Sequence record: SRR16203515_2173
DNA: 61,647 bases
Reading direction: 5' to 3' (one strand)
In this document: positions 48,816 through 60,383 of the stretch, piece after piece
How the letters are laid out: the number at the start of each line of letters is the position of its first letter
Position numbering within the stretch: position 1 is the first letter of the stretch
Made by a program: the position numbers and the translations under genes
Notes under the pieces: generated by a model
Seen by the model: only the letters and a program-made list of their open reading frames with translations
What the model was told of the DNA's origin: nothing
The model's database searches: none

Positions 48816-49651
48816 TGAAAATTGCGGCTCTGCAATTATGCGCGTCTGACGATCCAGTTTCGAACCTTGAACTTACCTTATCTATGGTTCAACAGGCCGC
48901 TGAAGCAGGAGCACAATTTGTTGCGACACCAGAGGTGACCAACTGTGTTTCAAGTTCGCGTCGCCACCAAACCGAAGTTTTGGCGTTGCAGGAGGATGAT
49001 CAAACCTTGGCGGCATTGTGTGCCAGCGCCCCTCGGCTCGGGGTTTGGATTTCCATTGGTTCACTGGCGTTGAAGTTGCCGGATGACGAACGATTTACCA
49101 ATCGATCTTTCATGATCGATCCATCGGGTCAGATCGTTGCGCAGTATGATAAGATTCATATGTTTGATGTCACACTTTCGGAAACGGAACAATATCGCGA
49201 ATCTGATGGATATCGCGCGGGCGATCATGCGGTGATCGCAGACACCGCATTTGGCAAAATCGGAATGACGATTTGCTACGACATACGCTTTCCACATTTA
49301 TATCGTGGACTGGCAAAATCGGGTGCATCAATTCTGCTGATACCGGCGGCCTTTGCACAACCAACGGGCCGCGCGCACTGGGAAGTGTTGCTACGTGCGC
49401 GTGCGATTGAAACGGGTTGTTTTGTGATTGCGGCAGCACAAACGGGTGAACACCAAACCAGTCAGGGACGCCCAAGAAAAACATACGGGCACTCGATGAT
49501 TGTTTCACCCTGGGGCGAAATCCTGGCTGACGCGGGCGAAGATCAGGGCATAATTTATGCAGATCTGGATTTATCGCTTGTTGAAAGCACGCGTGCCCGT
49601 GTACCATCAATCCTGTCAAATCAATCATTTAGCGAGCCAAGACATGGTTGA
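48815..49651 (+). CDS. Carbon-nitrogen hydrolase (Nit1/YbeM-like)
   Basis: Catalytic triad motifs TPE, YDKIHMFD, ICYDIRFP; also HWEVLLRARAIE. Confidence 0.92.
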   Translation: MKIAALQLCASDDPVSNLELTLSMVQQAAEAGAQFVATPEVTNCVSSSRRHQTEVLALQEDDQTLAALCASAPRLGVWISIGSLALKLPDDERFTNRSFMIDPSGQIVAQYDKIHMFDVTLSETEQYRESDGYRAGDHAVIADTAFGKIGMTICYDIRFPHLYRGLAKSGASILLIPAAFAQPTGRAHWEVLLRARAIETGCFVIAAAQTGEHQTSQGRPRKTYGHSMIVSPWGEILADAGEDQGIIYADLDLSLVESTRARVPSILSNQSFSEPRHG

Positions 49652-50078
49652 CAGCGAAAGTGCCCTTGCAATTGCATTGTTTGGTGAAATCCTGACGGTG
49701 CATCAACTCATACGCATTCAGTTGGATCGTGTATTGCCAAAGGGTATGGAGCTTTCACATTTTTCGGTGCTTAATCATCTTGCAAATACCAAGGGCGAAA
49801 AAACACCAGCGCAATTGGCCAAAAGTTTTCATGTCACGCGCGGGGCAATGACCAATACATTGGGCAAATTGGAAATTTCTGGGTATATTCACATCCGACC
49901 TGATTGGGATGATGCGCGGCGTAAGTTGGTGGCGATCAGTCCCGCTGGCGTGCGGGCGCGTGACGATGCAATCGCATTGGTGGCACCTGTTATTTCAGAG
50001 TTGGTGCGCGATTCAGGTGCGGACGAAATAAAGTCCGTTCTTCCAGTTTTACGAAATCTACGAATTCATCTTGAATAG
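49644..50078 (+). CDS. MarR-family transcriptional regulator
   Basis: TPAQLA...VTRGAMTNTL, DARRK. Confidence 0.9.
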   Translation: MVDSESALAIALFGEILTVHQLIRIQLDRVLPKGMELSHFSVLNHLANTKGEKTPAQLAKSFHVTRGAMTNTLGKLEISGYIHIRPDWDDARRKLVAISPAGVRARDDAIALVAPVISELVRDSGADEIKSVLPVLRNLRIHLE

Positions 50079-50280
50079 TCCGCAAGGACCAAACAAAAAT
50101 TGTCAAAATTGAAATAAAAGATGCTTATGTGAACCATAAAGCATAAAAACAATGCGTTCCGTGTCGATGATATCCATATGCATGGAATAAAATGCAATAT
50201 CGGGGCAATCTTATTTGTCCAAGTGGGAAAAATGCTCTATGCCAACGAGGCTGATCGAGCAGACGAGTGAGGACACACAC

Positions 50281-51528
50281 ATGTATCGCGTATGGAATTT
50301 CTTAACCAACTATTCCCTACTTTTGATCTTTGGTGCGATCATCGCACTAATTTGGGCGAATATCGACTATAAGAGTTACCACGACTTTGTTGAATTCAAG
50401 ATTTGGGATCACGCTCCAATCGGGCACTATCACCAAGGGCATCGCACGCTGACCTTGCACTACTTGGTCAACGATATTTTGATGGCCTTATTCTTTGCTA
50501 TTGCTGCCAAAGAAGTTTGGGAAGCAGTCGCATTGAAAGACGGCAGTTTGCGCGGCAAAAAGGCGGCAACACCTCTCTTTGCAACTTTGGGCGGTATGGT
50601 TGGTCCGATTTCGATTTATTTGGGCGTTGCCTACCTTATGGGGTCGACAACATATGATGCCGTTGCCAACGGTTGGGCGATCCCAACAGCAACAGATATC
50701 GCCTTTAGCTATCTTATTGGGCGCATCGTGTTTGGTGCTGGGCATCCGGCTGTACGCTTCTTGTTGCTATTGGCTATTGCCGATGATGCAGCAGGCCTTA
50801 TTATTTTGGCTATTTTCTATCCTTCTGGGGAATTAGCGCCGATTTGGCTATTGTTGTCATTTGGCATCGCAGCAGTCGCCTATATTGTATTCAACTGGTT
50901 GCCGCGCGCGATGGACCGCGGCGATCAATTGCGCCGTAAATCAACATGGGTGCGCAAATCGCTTTCGTTCTGGCCATATGCGATTGCTGGCGCGATCAGT
51001 TGGTATGGCTTCATGCGTTCGGGTTTGCACCCCGCTTTGGGCTTACTTCCGATTGTGCCAGCTATTCCGCATGCGGATCGTGCGTTCGGGATCTTTAACC
51101 AAGCGGAAGAACATTTACACGACCTGTTGAACACCATGGAACATGCGTTGAAGCATCCTGTTGAGATTGTTCTATTCTTCTTTGGCCTATGTAACGCAGG
51201 CGTGAAGTTTGAAGCGATTGGAGATGCGACTTGGTTGGTTCTTCTTGGATTGATCGTTGGTAAACCGATCGGCATTTACATCTTTGGCTGGCTGGCCGCG
51301 GTGCCACTGCGCCTTGGAATGCCAGAAGGTATGCGATTGGTTGATTTGATCGTAATTGGTTTCGTCGCTGCGATTGGTTTCACCGTTTCGTTGTTTGTGG
51401 CCTCTGTTGCCTTCGAAGCAGGGCCTGTGCAGGACGCGGCCAAAATGGGTGCACTCTTTAGTTTTGGTGCAGCGGCGCTTTCGATTATCGCGGGCAAAGT
51501 GTTCAGAGTTCAGAAAAAAGAACTGTAG
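50281..51528 (+). CDS. nhaA: Na+/H+ antiporter NhaA
   Basis: VNDILM, GWAIPTATDIAF, LAIADD, GKPIGI, IGFTVSLF. RBS GAGG precedes ATG 50281. Confidence 0.92.
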   Translation: MYRVWNFLTNYSLLLIFGAIIALIWANIDYKSYHDFVEFKIWDHAPIGHYHQGHRTLTLHYLVNDILMALFFAIAAKEVWEAVALKDGSLRGKKAATPLFATLGGMVGPISIYLGVAYLMGSTTYDAVANGWAIPTATDIAFSYLIGRIVFGAGHPAVRFLLLLAIADDAAGLIILAIFYPSGELAPIWLLLSFGIAAVAYIVFNWLPRAMDRGDQLRRKSTWVRKSLSFWPYAIAGAISWYGFMRSGLHPALGLLPIVPAIPHADRAFGIFNQAEEHLHDLLNTMEHALKHPVEIVLFFFGLCNAGVKFEAIGDATWLVLLGLIVGKPIGIYIFGWLAAVPLRLGMPEGMRLVDLIVIGFVAAIGFTVSLFVASVAFEAGPVQDAAKMGALFSFGAAALSIIAGKVFRVQKKEL

Positions 51529-51546
51529 AAACCAATACAGATTTGG

Positions 51547-51582
51547 AATTAAGCCCAGCCATTTGGCTGGGCTTAATTTTTT
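51547..51582 (+). terminator. Intrinsic terminator after nhaA (possibly bidirectional)
   Basis: Perfect 14-bp stem AATTAAGCCCAGCC-attt-GGCTGGGCTTAATT followed by a T-run. Confidence 0.85.
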
Positions 51583-51837
51583 CTTAACCAAGGTTGGCAT
51601 CAATTGATGTATGTCCGACCACCGAAATATCGCACATCAGCAGCCAAGTTTGTTTTCCGAGGCAAACGCGAGCAATGCACAGGTTCCCAGCATTTTTGGC
51701 CATGAAAACAACGAATGCATAAGACTTTTCCTCTTTCAACACAGACGAAGTGTTGCGTAGGAAAAGGGCGTTCATGTGGCGCTGACAAGAAAATATTGGT
51801 CCTTCGCGCCACACTTGGTCCGAATTTTGACAAAGAG

Positions 51838-51854
51838 GTTAACGGAACGTTAAC
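51838..51854. promoter_or_regulatory. Candidate full CtrA-binding site
   Basis: GTTAA-cggaacg-TTAAC matches TTAA-N7-TTAAC on both strands. Could alternatively be a hairpin downstream of secA. Confidence 0.55.
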
Positions 51855-51887
51855 ATCTTCAAACGCGGTTCCCAGTGGGCGCAGGTC

Positions 51888-54572
51888 TTAAGTCAGGCGG
51901 CCGTGGCAATGCTTGAATTTTTTGCCTGAACCGCAAGGGCAGGTTTCATTGCGGCCTGTTTGCTCCCAGCCTTCTGGCAATTCAGATACGTCCAACGCTT
52001 CAGCTTCTTGTTCGGCTGCAACTTGCTGTGCACCTTGTGCCTGAATTTGCTGCGCCAGCATTTGTTGCATCATTGCTTGCCGCTCTTCTTCTGTCAGTGG
52101 GCGTATACGACCAATTTGTTGTGTCACATCAACACGCAGTCCATTCAACAGGGATTCAAACAGCTGGAACGCTTCATTTTTGTATTCGTTCAATGGATCG
52201 CGTTGCGCGTATCCTCGGAAACTAACAACGCTTCGCAAATGTTCCAACATCAACAAATGTTCGCGCCATTTACTATCGATTGTGCTGAGCAATACTTGCC
52301 GTTGGACCTGGGCAAAGCTTTCTTTACCAAAGGCCTCTTGCTTTTCTGCAAGCTGCTTGTCCGCGGCTTCCTCTAAACGTTCGCGCAATACGTCATCGTC
52401 GACACCCTCTTCTGCGGCCCATGCAATGACAGGCACGTCCAGATTTAGGTTTTCAATGACAGCTGCGTATAACCCTTCTGTGTCCCATTGGTCGGCATAT
52501 GAGCGTGGCGGCATGTATGTTTCGATCAGATCATCGACAACATCGTTACGCATATCAACAATGATTTCATTTAGATCTTCGGACTGCATGATATCCAAGC
52601 GTTGTTCGAAAATCGCCTTACGCTGATCATTCATGACATCGTCAAATTTCAACAACTGTTTGCGGATATCAAAGTTGCGGCCTTCGACCTTCGCCTGCGC
52701 GCGTTCTAGCGATTTGTTCACCCAGGGGTGTTCAATGGCCTCGCCCTCTTGCATACCCAACGTACCCAAGATTTTATCAAGGCGCTCAGAGCCAAAGATG
52801 CGCATTAGGTCATCATCAAGACTTAGGAAGAATGATGAACGGCCTGGATCACCCTGACGACCGGATCGACCACGTAACTGATTATCAATGCGGCGGCTTT
52901 CGTGGCGTTCTGTGGCCAAGACGAACAAACCGCCTGCATCTTTAACCGCTTGTTCATCCGTTTTGTGCGCTTCTTCGATTTGTGCACGAATTTCGTCTGG
53001 GTGTCCGTCTGGGTTTGCGGCGATGGCGTCCATGATTTTGAATTCGACATTGCCGCCCAGTTTGATGTCCGTACCGCGGCCTGCCATGTTGGTCGCGATC
53101 GTAACGGCACCCAATTTGCCCGCATCAGCAACAATTTGCGCCTCTTGTTCGTGCTGACGCGCATTTAGAACGTTATGTATAATTCCGGCATTTGTCAGTT
53201 GTTGGGATAACAATTCCGATTTTTCAATTGATGTTGTGCCAACCAAAATTGGCTGACCTTTTGCGTTGGCCTCTTTGATCGTTGCGACAATCGCGTCGTA
53301 TTTTTCTTGGGTTGTACGATACACTTTGTCATCTTCATCAAGGCGTGCAATCGGGCGATTTGTCGGGATTTCCACAACGCCAAGTTTGTAGATTTCCATA
53401 AATTCTTCAGCTTCCGTTGCGGCCGTTCCTGTCATTCCACCCAATTTGTCGTAAAGACGGAAGTAGTTTTGGAACGTAACGCTTGCCAACGTGACATTTT
53501 CGGGCTGAATTTGGCATCCTTCTTTGGCTTCGATCGCTTGGTGAAGGCCATCGGATAAACGGCGCCCTGCCATCATGCGCCCTGTGAATTCATCGATCAA
53601 AACCACCTGACCGTCACGCAAGATGTAATCTTTGTCACGGGTAAACAGTTTGAACGCACGCAAACCTTGGTTCACGTGATGGACGATTGTGGTGCTTTCT
53701 GGATCATAAAGTGACTGACCCTCGGGTAGTACGCCATGCAGTTGAAGGATTTCTTCAAGGAAATCGTTGCCTTCATCTGTGAAACTTACATTGCGTGTCT
53801 TTTCATCTAATGTGTAGTGTTCGTCTTTTAGCTCTGGGATCAACTGATTGATCTTGATGTATAGGTCCGAGCGATCCTGAGACGGGCCCGAAATGATCAG
53901 CGGTGTTCGCGCCTCATCGACCAAAATGCTGTCCACCTCGTCGACGATTGCAAAATGATGGTCGCGTTGGGCCATTTCCTCGATGCTGCCGCGCATGTTG
54001 TCGCGCAAATAATCGAACCCTAATTCATTGTTCGTGGCGTAGGTCACGTCACACGCATAGGCAGCTGATTTTTCTGCCTCTTCTTGCTGCGGATAAACAA
54101 CGCCTGTTGTCATACCAAGGGCGGTAAACACATTTGACATCCAGTCTGCGTCACGCTTTGCCAGATAGTCATTCACGGTCACCACGTGCACGCCACGGCC
54201 AGTTAGGGCATTCAAATAGGCTGGGAAGGTCGCAACCAGTGTTTTACCTTCCCCCGTTTTCATTTCTGCAATATTGCCGCGATGAAGAAAAATACCACCG
54301 ATCAACTGAACATCAAACGCGCGCAGACCAAGTGCACGCTTGGCGCCCTCACGACAGTTTGCAAATGCTTCTGCTAACAGCGCGTCAAGCGTTTCACCAT
54401 TTTCATAACGTGATTTGAACTCGGCGGTTTTCTCGATCAATTGCGCGTCGCTCAGGGCTTCGAACTCGGGTTCCAATGCGTTGATTTTTTCGATCAACGG
54501 ACGAACAGATTTAACTTTGCGGTCGTTTTGGGTGCCAAACACCTTGCGCGTAATTGTTCCTAGACCAAACAT
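51888..54572 (-). CDS. secA: Preprotein translocase subunit SecA
   Basis: [34 protein letters not shown]-terminal [21 protein letters not shown] precedes ATG 54572. Confidence 0.99.
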   Translation of the reverse strand: MFGLGTITRKVFGTQNDRKVKSVRPLIEKINALEPEFEALSDAQLIEKTAEFKSRYENGETLDALLAEAFANCREGAKRALGLRAFDVQLIGGIFLHRGNIAEMKTGEGKTLVATFPAYLNALTGRGVHVVTVNDYLAKRDADWMSNVFTALGMTTGVVYPQQEEAEKSAAYACDVTYATNNELGFDYLRDNMRGSIEEMAQRDHHFAIVDEVDSILVDEARTPLIISGPSQDRSDLYIKINQLIPELKDEHYTLDEKTRNVSFTDEGNDFLEEILQLHGVLPEGQSLYDPESTTIVHHVNQGLRAFKLFTRDKDYILRDGQVVLIDEFTGRMMAGRRLSDGLHQAIEAKEGCQIQPENVTLASVTFQNYFRLYDKLGGMTGTAATEAEEFMEIYKLGVVEIPTNRPIARLDEDDKVYRTTQEKYDAIVATIKEANAKGQPILVGTTSIEKSELLSQQLTNAGIIHNVLNARQHEQEAQIVADAGKLGAVTIATNMAGRGTDIKLGGNVEFKIMDAIAANPDGHPDEIRAQIEEAHKTDEQAVKDAGGLFVLATERHESRRIDNQLRGRSGRQGDPGRSSFFLSLDDDLMRIFGSERLDKILGTLGMQEGEAIEHPWVNKSLERAQAKVEGRNFDIRKQLLKFDDVMNDQRKAIFEQRLDIMQSEDLNEIIVDMRNDVVDDLIETYMPPRSYADQWDTEGLYAAVIENLNLDVPVIAWAAEEGVDDDVLRERLEEAADKQLAEKQEAFGKESFAQVQRQVLLSTIDSKWREHLLMLEHLRSVVSFRGYAQRDPLNEYKNEAFQLFESLLNGLRVDVTQQIGRIRPLTEEERQAMMQQMLAQQIQAQGAQQVAAEQEAEALDVSELPEGWEQTGRNETCPCGSGKKFKHCHGRLT

Positions 54573-54741
54573 CGTCACTCCGTTCATCTTGTACTATTTT
54601 TACATTCATTGTCTTGCTAGGCGTACCCGCAGCAATTAGAGAGGAATAGCACTTTTTTATATTGCTCATAGCGATGTAAGGGGGCGAATAATAAGTGTCA
54701 ACGGCGCGGGCTGATCGACAGGGCGAATATAGGAGTTTTCT

Positions 54742-55596
54742 ATGAAACTATTGCAAATTATGACCAAATTGACGGTTGCAGCAGGCTTATTGGCAAGTGT
54801 GGCAAATGCGCAGTCATCCGTTGACTCGGATGTCGTCGTCGCGACAGTAAATGGCGAAGAGATCAAGATGGGTCACGTTGTGATGGTGTACGATACCTTG
54901 CCACAACAGTATAAGTCATTGCCTGCAGAGCAAGTATTCCAAGGAATTGTCGATCAGATCATTCAACAAACCGTGCTTGCCCAGGCTGCCACCAATCCGA
55001 ATGCGAAATATATTGAATTTGCAGTGGATAACGAGCGACGCATCCTAACGGCATCGCAAATGATTGAAGAAATCACCACAGAAGCGACAAGTGAAGATAA
55101 GCTGCGCGCGTATTATGATGCAACATTTCAGAGCGCAGATTTAGGGCGTGAATATAATGCATCGCACATCTTGGTCGAAAGCGAAGAAGAAGCCAAGGAC
55201 CTGATTGTCAGACTATCTGACGGCGCAGATTTTGCGGCATTGGCGCAAGAGTTTTCAACTGGTCCGTCTGGCCCCAACGGTGGGGCGCTTGGTTGGTTTG
55301 GTCAGGGTCGGATGGTCGCGCCATTTGAACAAGCGGTGATGAGCTTGACAGTGGGTGAAGTGTCCCCGTTGCCTGTGCAAACTCAATTCGGTTGGCATGT
55401 GATCATACTAAACGACATGCGGGCAGTTCAGGCTCCTGCATTTGAAGAAGTAAGCGGAGAAATCGCAGCCGAGCTTCAACGCGTCGCGATTGAAGAGCGT
55501 GTGAAAGTCATGGTTGATGGCGCCGCAGTTGTGCGTGTTGATCAATCAACGCTGGACGTTGATGCGGTCAAAGCAGATATCTCAGAGTTGGACTAA
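54742..55596 (+). CDS. PpiC/parvulin-type peptidyl-prolyl isomerase
   Basis: Signal peptide, [28 protein letters not shown]. Confidence 0.93.
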   Translation: MKLLQIMTKLTVAAGLLASVANAQSSVDSDVVVATVNGEEIKMGHVVMVYDTLPQQYKSLPAEQVFQGIVDQIIQQTVLAQAATNPNAKYIEFAVDNERRILTASQMIEEITTEATSEDKLRAYYDATFQSADLGREYNASHILVESEEEAKDLIVRLSDGADFAALAQEFSTGPSGPNGGALGWFGQGRMVAPFEQAVMSLTVGEVSPLPVQTQFGWHVIILNDMRAVQAPAFEEVSGEIAAELQRVAIEERVKVMVDGAAVVRVDQSTLDVDAVKADISELD

Positions 55597-55599
55597 CTC

Positions 55600-56829
55600 A
55601 TGGCCGTTATCACAAAGGTTTCCCCACTGGCCCCAAAGGCGTTTCCAGATTTATCTGTGATAAAGGGGGTGCGGTTTGCAACTGCAGCTGCTGGTGTCAA
55701 ATATCAGGGCCGAACAGATGTCATGTTGGCCGTTGCAGATGCGGGCAGCAGCGTCGCAGGAGTTTTCACAAAATCAGCAACGCGTGCGGCGCCTGTCTTG
55801 GATTGTCAGGATAAAATCGGGAAATCCAACGATACGGGTGTGGCCATTTTGGTGAATTCTGGAAATGCCAATGCGTTTACAGGAAAATTTGGTCGTGCAT
55901 CGGTAGAGGCAATTACATCTGCCGTCGCAGATTTAACAAATATGCCTGTTGAACGTGTTTTCACTTCGTCAACGGGTGTCATTGGTGAGCCATTGCCACA
56001 TGATCGCGTCATTGCGGTGATCGATGAATTGAACAGCAATTTATCCGAAAACGCGCTTGAGGATGCGGCGCGCGCGATCATGACCACGGACACCTACGCC
56101 AAAGGTGCGTCTGCTGTCGTTGAAACACCAGCGGGGCCTGTTAACATCGCTGGGATCGCCAAAGGCTCGGGCATGATTGCACCCGATATGGCGACAATGT
56201 TGGTTTATATTTTCACGGATGCAAAAATTGAACAGTCGGTTTTGCAACAGATGATTTCGTCGATCACAGATCAGACGTTCAACTGCATCACAGTCGACAG
56301 TGATACATCCACATCTGATACACTGTTGGCGGTTGCAACAGGCGTGAGTGGGATCGCGATCGGGGAGGCAGATAATGCATTTAGGGGCGCGCTAAACTCG
56401 GTCATGTTGGAGCTCGCGCACCTTGTCGTTCGGGACGGGGAAGGTGCCACCAAATTTGTTGAAATCAATGTGTCAGGCGCTGCCAACGATGCCGATGCGA
56501 AAACGCACGCGATGGCCATTGCAAATTCACCCCTGATCAAAACCGCAATTGCAGGTGAAGATCCCAATTGGGGACGCGTTGTGATGGCAATCGGGAAATC
56601 AGGCGCGGCGGCAGATCGTGATCTTTTGTCAATTTCGTTTGGGGATATTTTGGTCGCGAAAGAAGGTTGGATTGCAGATGACTATCGCGAAGATGATGGC
56701 GCAAACTACATGAAAAATGAGCACATCGTACTGAATGTCGATGTCGGAATTGGTGATGGAAAATCAACCGTGTGGACCTGTGATTTGACGCACGGATATA
56801 TCGAAATTAATGCGGACTATCGGTCATGA
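55600..56829 (+). CDS. argJ: Bifunctional ornithine acetyltransferase/N-acetylglutamate synthase
   Basis: NSGNANA, MTTD, KGSGMIAPDMATML, DSDTSTSD, DPNWGR, NADYRS. Confidence 0.97.
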   Translation: MAVITKVSPLAPKAFPDLSVIKGVRFATAAAGVKYQGRTDVMLAVADAGSSVAGVFTKSATRAAPVLDCQDKIGKSNDTGVAILVNSGNANAFTGKFGRASVEAITSAVADLTNMPVERVFTSSTGVIGEPLPHDRVIAVIDELNSNLSENALEDAARAIMTTDTYAKGASAVVETPAGPVNIAGIAKGSGMIAPDMATMLVYIFTDAKIEQSVLQQMISSITDQTFNCITVDSDTSTSDTLLAVATGVSGIAIGEADNAFRGALNSVMLELAHLVVRDGEGATKFVEINVSGAANDADAKTHAMAIANSPLIKTAIAGEDPNWGRVVMAIGKSGAAADRDLLSISFGDILVAKEGWIADDYREDDGANYMKNEHIVLNVDVGIGDGKSTVWTCDLTHGYIEINADYRS

Positions 56830-57224
56830 AGATTATTTTGGTTTCTGCTGTGGCACTTATTGACCCCGATGGACGCGTTTTGTTGGCACAACGACCCGAT
56901 GGTAAATCCATGGCAGGGCTGTGGGAATTCCCAGGGGGAAAGGTTGAGGCCGGTGAAACCCCAGAAGACGCGCTGGTACGTGAGTTACATGAAGAACTGG
57001 GGATCGAAACATGGTCCAGCTGTTTAGCGCCGCTAACGTTTGCGTCGCACACATATGATGGTTTTCATCTCTTGATGCCGCTGTTTGCCTGCCGCAAATG
57101 GGATGGTATAGTTCAGGGCAAAGAGGGTCAAAAACTGGCATGGGTGTACGCGAAAGATCTGAATAATTACCCGATGCCCCCAGCGGATATTCCAATCATT
57201 CCGATATTGCGGGATTGGTTATAA
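56826..57224 (+). CDS. mutT: 8-oxo-dGTP diphosphatase (Nudix)
   Basis: WEFPGGKVEAGETPEDALVRELHEELG, MPPAD. Confidence 0.92.
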   Translation: MKIILVSAVALIDPDGRVLLAQRPDGKSMAGLWEFPGGKVEAGETPEDALVRELHEELGIETWSSCLAPLTFASHTYDGFHLLMPLFACRKWDGIVQGKEGQKLAWVYAKDLNNYPMPPADIPIIPILRDWL

Positions 57225-57250
57225 AAAACGCCCCAAATCGGGGCGTTTTC
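57223..57250. terminator. Bidirectional terminator between mutT and infB
   Basis: AAAACGCCCC-aaatc-GGGGCGTTTT between convergent stop codons. Confidence 0.85.
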
Positions 57251-57253
57251 AAT

Positions 57254-59746
57254 TTAATCTAGTGTACGCGCAACTTCTTCACGTTCAAAGATTTCGATCA
57301 CATCGTCAGGTCGAATATCGTCATAGTTTTCAAATGCCATACCGCATTCTTGACCAGACTGAACATCCTTGACTTCGTCCTTAAAGCGTTTCAACGTTTT
57401 CAGCGTTCCTTCATGGATCACTACGTTGTCGCGCAGCAGACGTACGCCTGCACTGCGACGGGCAACGCCCTCGGTCACGATACAACCCGCAACTTTGCCA
57501 ACGCCTGACACTTTGAAGACCTCTTTAATCTGTGCGTAACCTATGAAGTTTTCGCGAATTTCAGCAGACAACAGACCACTTGCCGCCGCACGAACATCGT
57601 CCACCAAGTCGTAAATGATGGAATAATAGCGGATTTCAACACCTTTCTGGTTTGCTGAATTACGTGCAGATGCATTTGCACGCACGTTAAATCCAATCAC
57701 AGGCGCACCCGATGCCTCGGCCAAACCTACATCGGTATCCGTAATCGCGCCCACACCGTAGTGCAGCACACGCACACGCACTTCATCATTGCCGATTTTT
57801 TCCATCGCTTGCACGATCGCCTCGGCAGAACCTTGTACGTCTGCCTTAACCAAAATCGGCATTTCGGTAAGATTTTCGTTTTCTTTTGCACGCGCCATCA
57901 ATTGTTCAAGCGTTGTAGCGGCACCTGCTGCTGCACGTTTTTCTTTCGCAAGGTCGATACGATAATCTGCGATTTCGCGGGCTTGTGCCTCTGTATCAAC
58001 AACGTTCAAAACGTCGCCCGCTTCCGGTGTGCCATTCAGGCCAAGCACCTCAACAGGAACAGATGGACCTGCTTCCTTGACGCGCTCGCCTTTGTCATTG
58101 ATCAATGCGCGAACCTTACCCGACTGTTCGCCAACAACGAAAATATCGCCCTGTTTCAATGTCCCTGTTTGAACCAGAACAGTTGCTACGGGTCCACGTC
58201 CCACATCCAACTGTGCCTCGATCACGGCACCCTGGGCTGCGCGTTTTGGGTTGGCTTTCAGTTCAAGGATTTCTGCCTGCAGCGAAATCGCGTCAAGCAA
58301 TTGATCCAATCCTGTTTTGGCCAATGCTGATACTTCAACATCTTGGACATCACCTGACATCGCTTCCACAATGACTTCGTGCTGCAACAATTCTGTGCGC
58401 ACGATATCTGGGTTTGCATCTGGTTTATCACACTTGTTGATCGCGATGATCATTGGAACCTTCGCGGCTTTGGCGTGATTAATCGCCTCGATTGTTTGCG
58501 GCATCACACTGTCGTCAGCGGCAACCACCAACACCACAATGTCGGTTACCTGTGCCCCACGTGCACGCATCGACGTAAACGCAGCGTGACCCGGTGTATC
58601 CAAGAAAGACAACAGTGACCCATCAGGTGCCGTAACTTGATACGCACCGATATGCTGGGTAATGCCACCAGCTTCTCCTGATACCACATTCGCTTGACGG
58701 ATCGCATCCAATAGCGATGTTTTGCCGTGGTCAACGTGACCCATGATTGTGATCACGGGCGGACGTGGTTTAAGATCTTCTTCTGCGTCTTCAACTTCGT
58801 TGATAACATCCTCAACATCCGCGTCAGAAACACGAACAATTTTGTGTCCGAATTCTTCGATAATCAATTCGGCAGTATCTGCATCAATGGACTGGTTTTG
58901 TGTGACCATCATGCCCATTTTCATCAGCGATTTTACAACCTCTGCGACGCGTTCGGCCATCCGGTTGGCCAGTTCAGAAACCACAATTGCTTCTGGAACT
59001 TGCACTTCGCGAACAATCTTTTCACGCTCTTGGGGTTCACCCATCGCTTTTTGACGCGCACGCTCTTGCTTGCGGCGCATAGACGCCATTGAACGTTGAC
59101 GACCACCTTCGCCACCGCCAAGTGCCTGAGAAACAGTAAGCTTGCCTGAACGACGGTTTTCGCCTTCGCCACTACGGGTTTTGGCGCGACGCTTATCGTC
59201 CTCTTTCTCGCGTTTGCGCGACACGGGGGTCGCTGGTTTTGCAGTGCGTGCATCGTCCGTGCGTGGTTGCGCAGGCTCTGTTCTTGCAGCCTTTTCGGCG
59301 GCTTCGCGTGTTTTTTGTTCTTCGGCTTCTTTTTTCGCGCGTTCTTCCGCTTCGGCTTTTGCCTTTGCGCGTTCTTCTACTTCACGCTGTTCGCGTTCCT
59401 TGTTTTCTTGCTCGGCGCGGCGGCGTTCGCGCTCTTCCACTCGTGCTTTTTCTTCTGCTGTGCGAGCGGCCACTTCGTCCGCTTCGCGTGCTTTTGCGGC
59501 TTGTAACGCTTTTAATCGACGCTCCATCTCGGCATTTTGAATGCCACCAGCACCAGACGCACCGCCTGTACCTGCACCACCGGCGGCAGGTTTTGCAGCA
59601 ACCGGTTTTGGTACGACAACGCGCTTACGCTTTGTTTCGACCACGACATTTTTGGAACGGCCGTGGCTAAAGCTTTGCTTTACGTTCCCAGAACGTGGAC
59701 CGCCGCCACGAACACCCAATGTTTTTTTGCCGTCACTATCGCTCAT
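57254..59746 (-). CDS. infB: Translation initiation factor IF-2
   Basis: QSFSHGR, charged linker, [17 protein letters not shown]. Confidence 0.99.
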   Translation of the reverse strand: MSDSDGKKTLGVRGGGPRSGNVKQSFSHGRSKNVVVETKRKRVVVPKPVAAKPAAGGAGTGGASGAGGIQNAEMERRLKALQAAKAREADEVAARTAEEKARVEERERRRAEQENKEREQREVEERAKAKAEAEERAKKEAEEQKTREAAEKAARTEPAQPRTDDARTAKPATPVSRKREKEDDKRRAKTRSGEGENRRSGKLTVSQALGGGEGGRQRSMASMRRKQERARQKAMGEPQEREKIVREVQVPEAIVVSELANRMAERVAEVVKSLMKMGMMVTQNQSIDADTAELIIEEFGHKIVRVSDADVEDVINEVEDAEEDLKPRPPVITIMGHVDHGKTSLLDAIRQANVVSGEAGGITQHIGAYQVTAPDGSLLSFLDTPGHAAFTSMRARGAQVTDIVVLVVAADDSVMPQTIEAINHAKAAKVPMIIAINKCDKPDANPDIVRTELLQHEVIVEAMSGDVQDVEVSALAKTGLDQLLDAISLQAEILELKANPKRAAQGAVIEAQLDVGRGPVATVLVQTGTLKQGDIFVVGEQSGKVRALINDKGERVKEAGPSVPVEVLGLNGTPEAGDVLNVVDTEAQAREIADYRIDLAKEKRAAAGAATTLEQLMARAKENENLTEMPILVKADVQGSAEAIVQAMEKIGNDEVRVRVLHYGVGAITDTDVGLAEASGAPVIGFNVRANASARNSANQKGVEIRYYSIIYDLVDDVRAAASGLLSAEIRENFIGYAQIKEVFKVSGVGKVAGCIVTEGVARRSAGVRLLRDNVVIHEGTLKTLKRFKDEVKDVQSGQECGMAFENYDDIRPDDVIEIFEREEVARTLD

Positions 59747-60375
59747 CTAGCTGTCTTTTCCTTCCCGGTTGCAGTTTTGCCACCGTTATTTTCGCGAAGA
59801 CCCTGTAGTCGTTTCGCATCATCTACTACACGTTGCGTCAAACCGCCAGAGGCGAGAGCACAATGTATTACCGTTTGTCGCCCGAAGGCCGCGCCCAATT
59901 CATCAGCCGTTAACCAACCGATAAAGGATCCGCCATAAGGGGTGCTTAATTTCGACTTGCCCCGTTCGGACCCATCTGATGCTTGTATCAGAACTTGGGC
60001 TTCTTCTTTCAAAAGCCAATCTTTCACCTTTTCATACCCCGCAACTGCACGGCCTGATTTGCGCGAAAGGCTGAGTAATTCAACCACACGACGTCCCATG
60101 TTTTCGATCAAATCGGTCAACAAGTTGGGATCAACGCTTACGGGTTTTTTAGCACCGCGGGAAAAAAGGCCTTTGCCAATTGCCGTAGAAACGGCGTCAT
60201 TCGTCGAAGTTACCCAAATACCGCGACCTGGCAATTTCTCTGCCAGATCGGGCACAATTTGATTGTCGGGCGATACGACAAAGCGGATCAGCCCATGTTT
60301 GGGCTGAACCTCGCCTGTCACGATGCATTTGCGTTCTGCAACATCGGACTTCATATGTCTTTCGCCACGACCCAT
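59743..60375 (-). CDS. YlxR/DUF448 RNA-binding protein with L7Ae-like C-terminal domain
   Basis: ERKCIVT, LIRFV, PGRGIWV. Lies between nusA and infB. Confidence 0.92.
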   Translation of the reverse strand: MGRGERHMKSDVAERKCIVTGEVQPKHGLIRFVVSPDNQIVPDLAEKLPGRGIWVTSTNDAVSTAIGKGLFSRGAKKPVSVDPNLLTDLIENMGRRVVELLSLSRKSGRAVAGYEKVKDWLLKEEAQVLIQASDGSERGKSKLSTPYGGSFIGWLTADELGAAFGRQTVIHCALASGGLTQRVVDDAKRLQGLRENNGGKTATGKEKTAR

Positions 60376-60383
60376 CAGGTGTC

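Noticed and set aside
50079..50280. Possible nhaA-I/II riboswitch upstream of nhaA
   Set aside because: AT-rich spacer with only short imperfect palindromes and no recognisable riboswitch consensus.
59230..59600. Low-complexity repetitive tract
   Set aside because: Encodes the normal E/R/A/K-rich and Gly/Ala-rich linker of IF-2. Not a repeat element or CRISPR.
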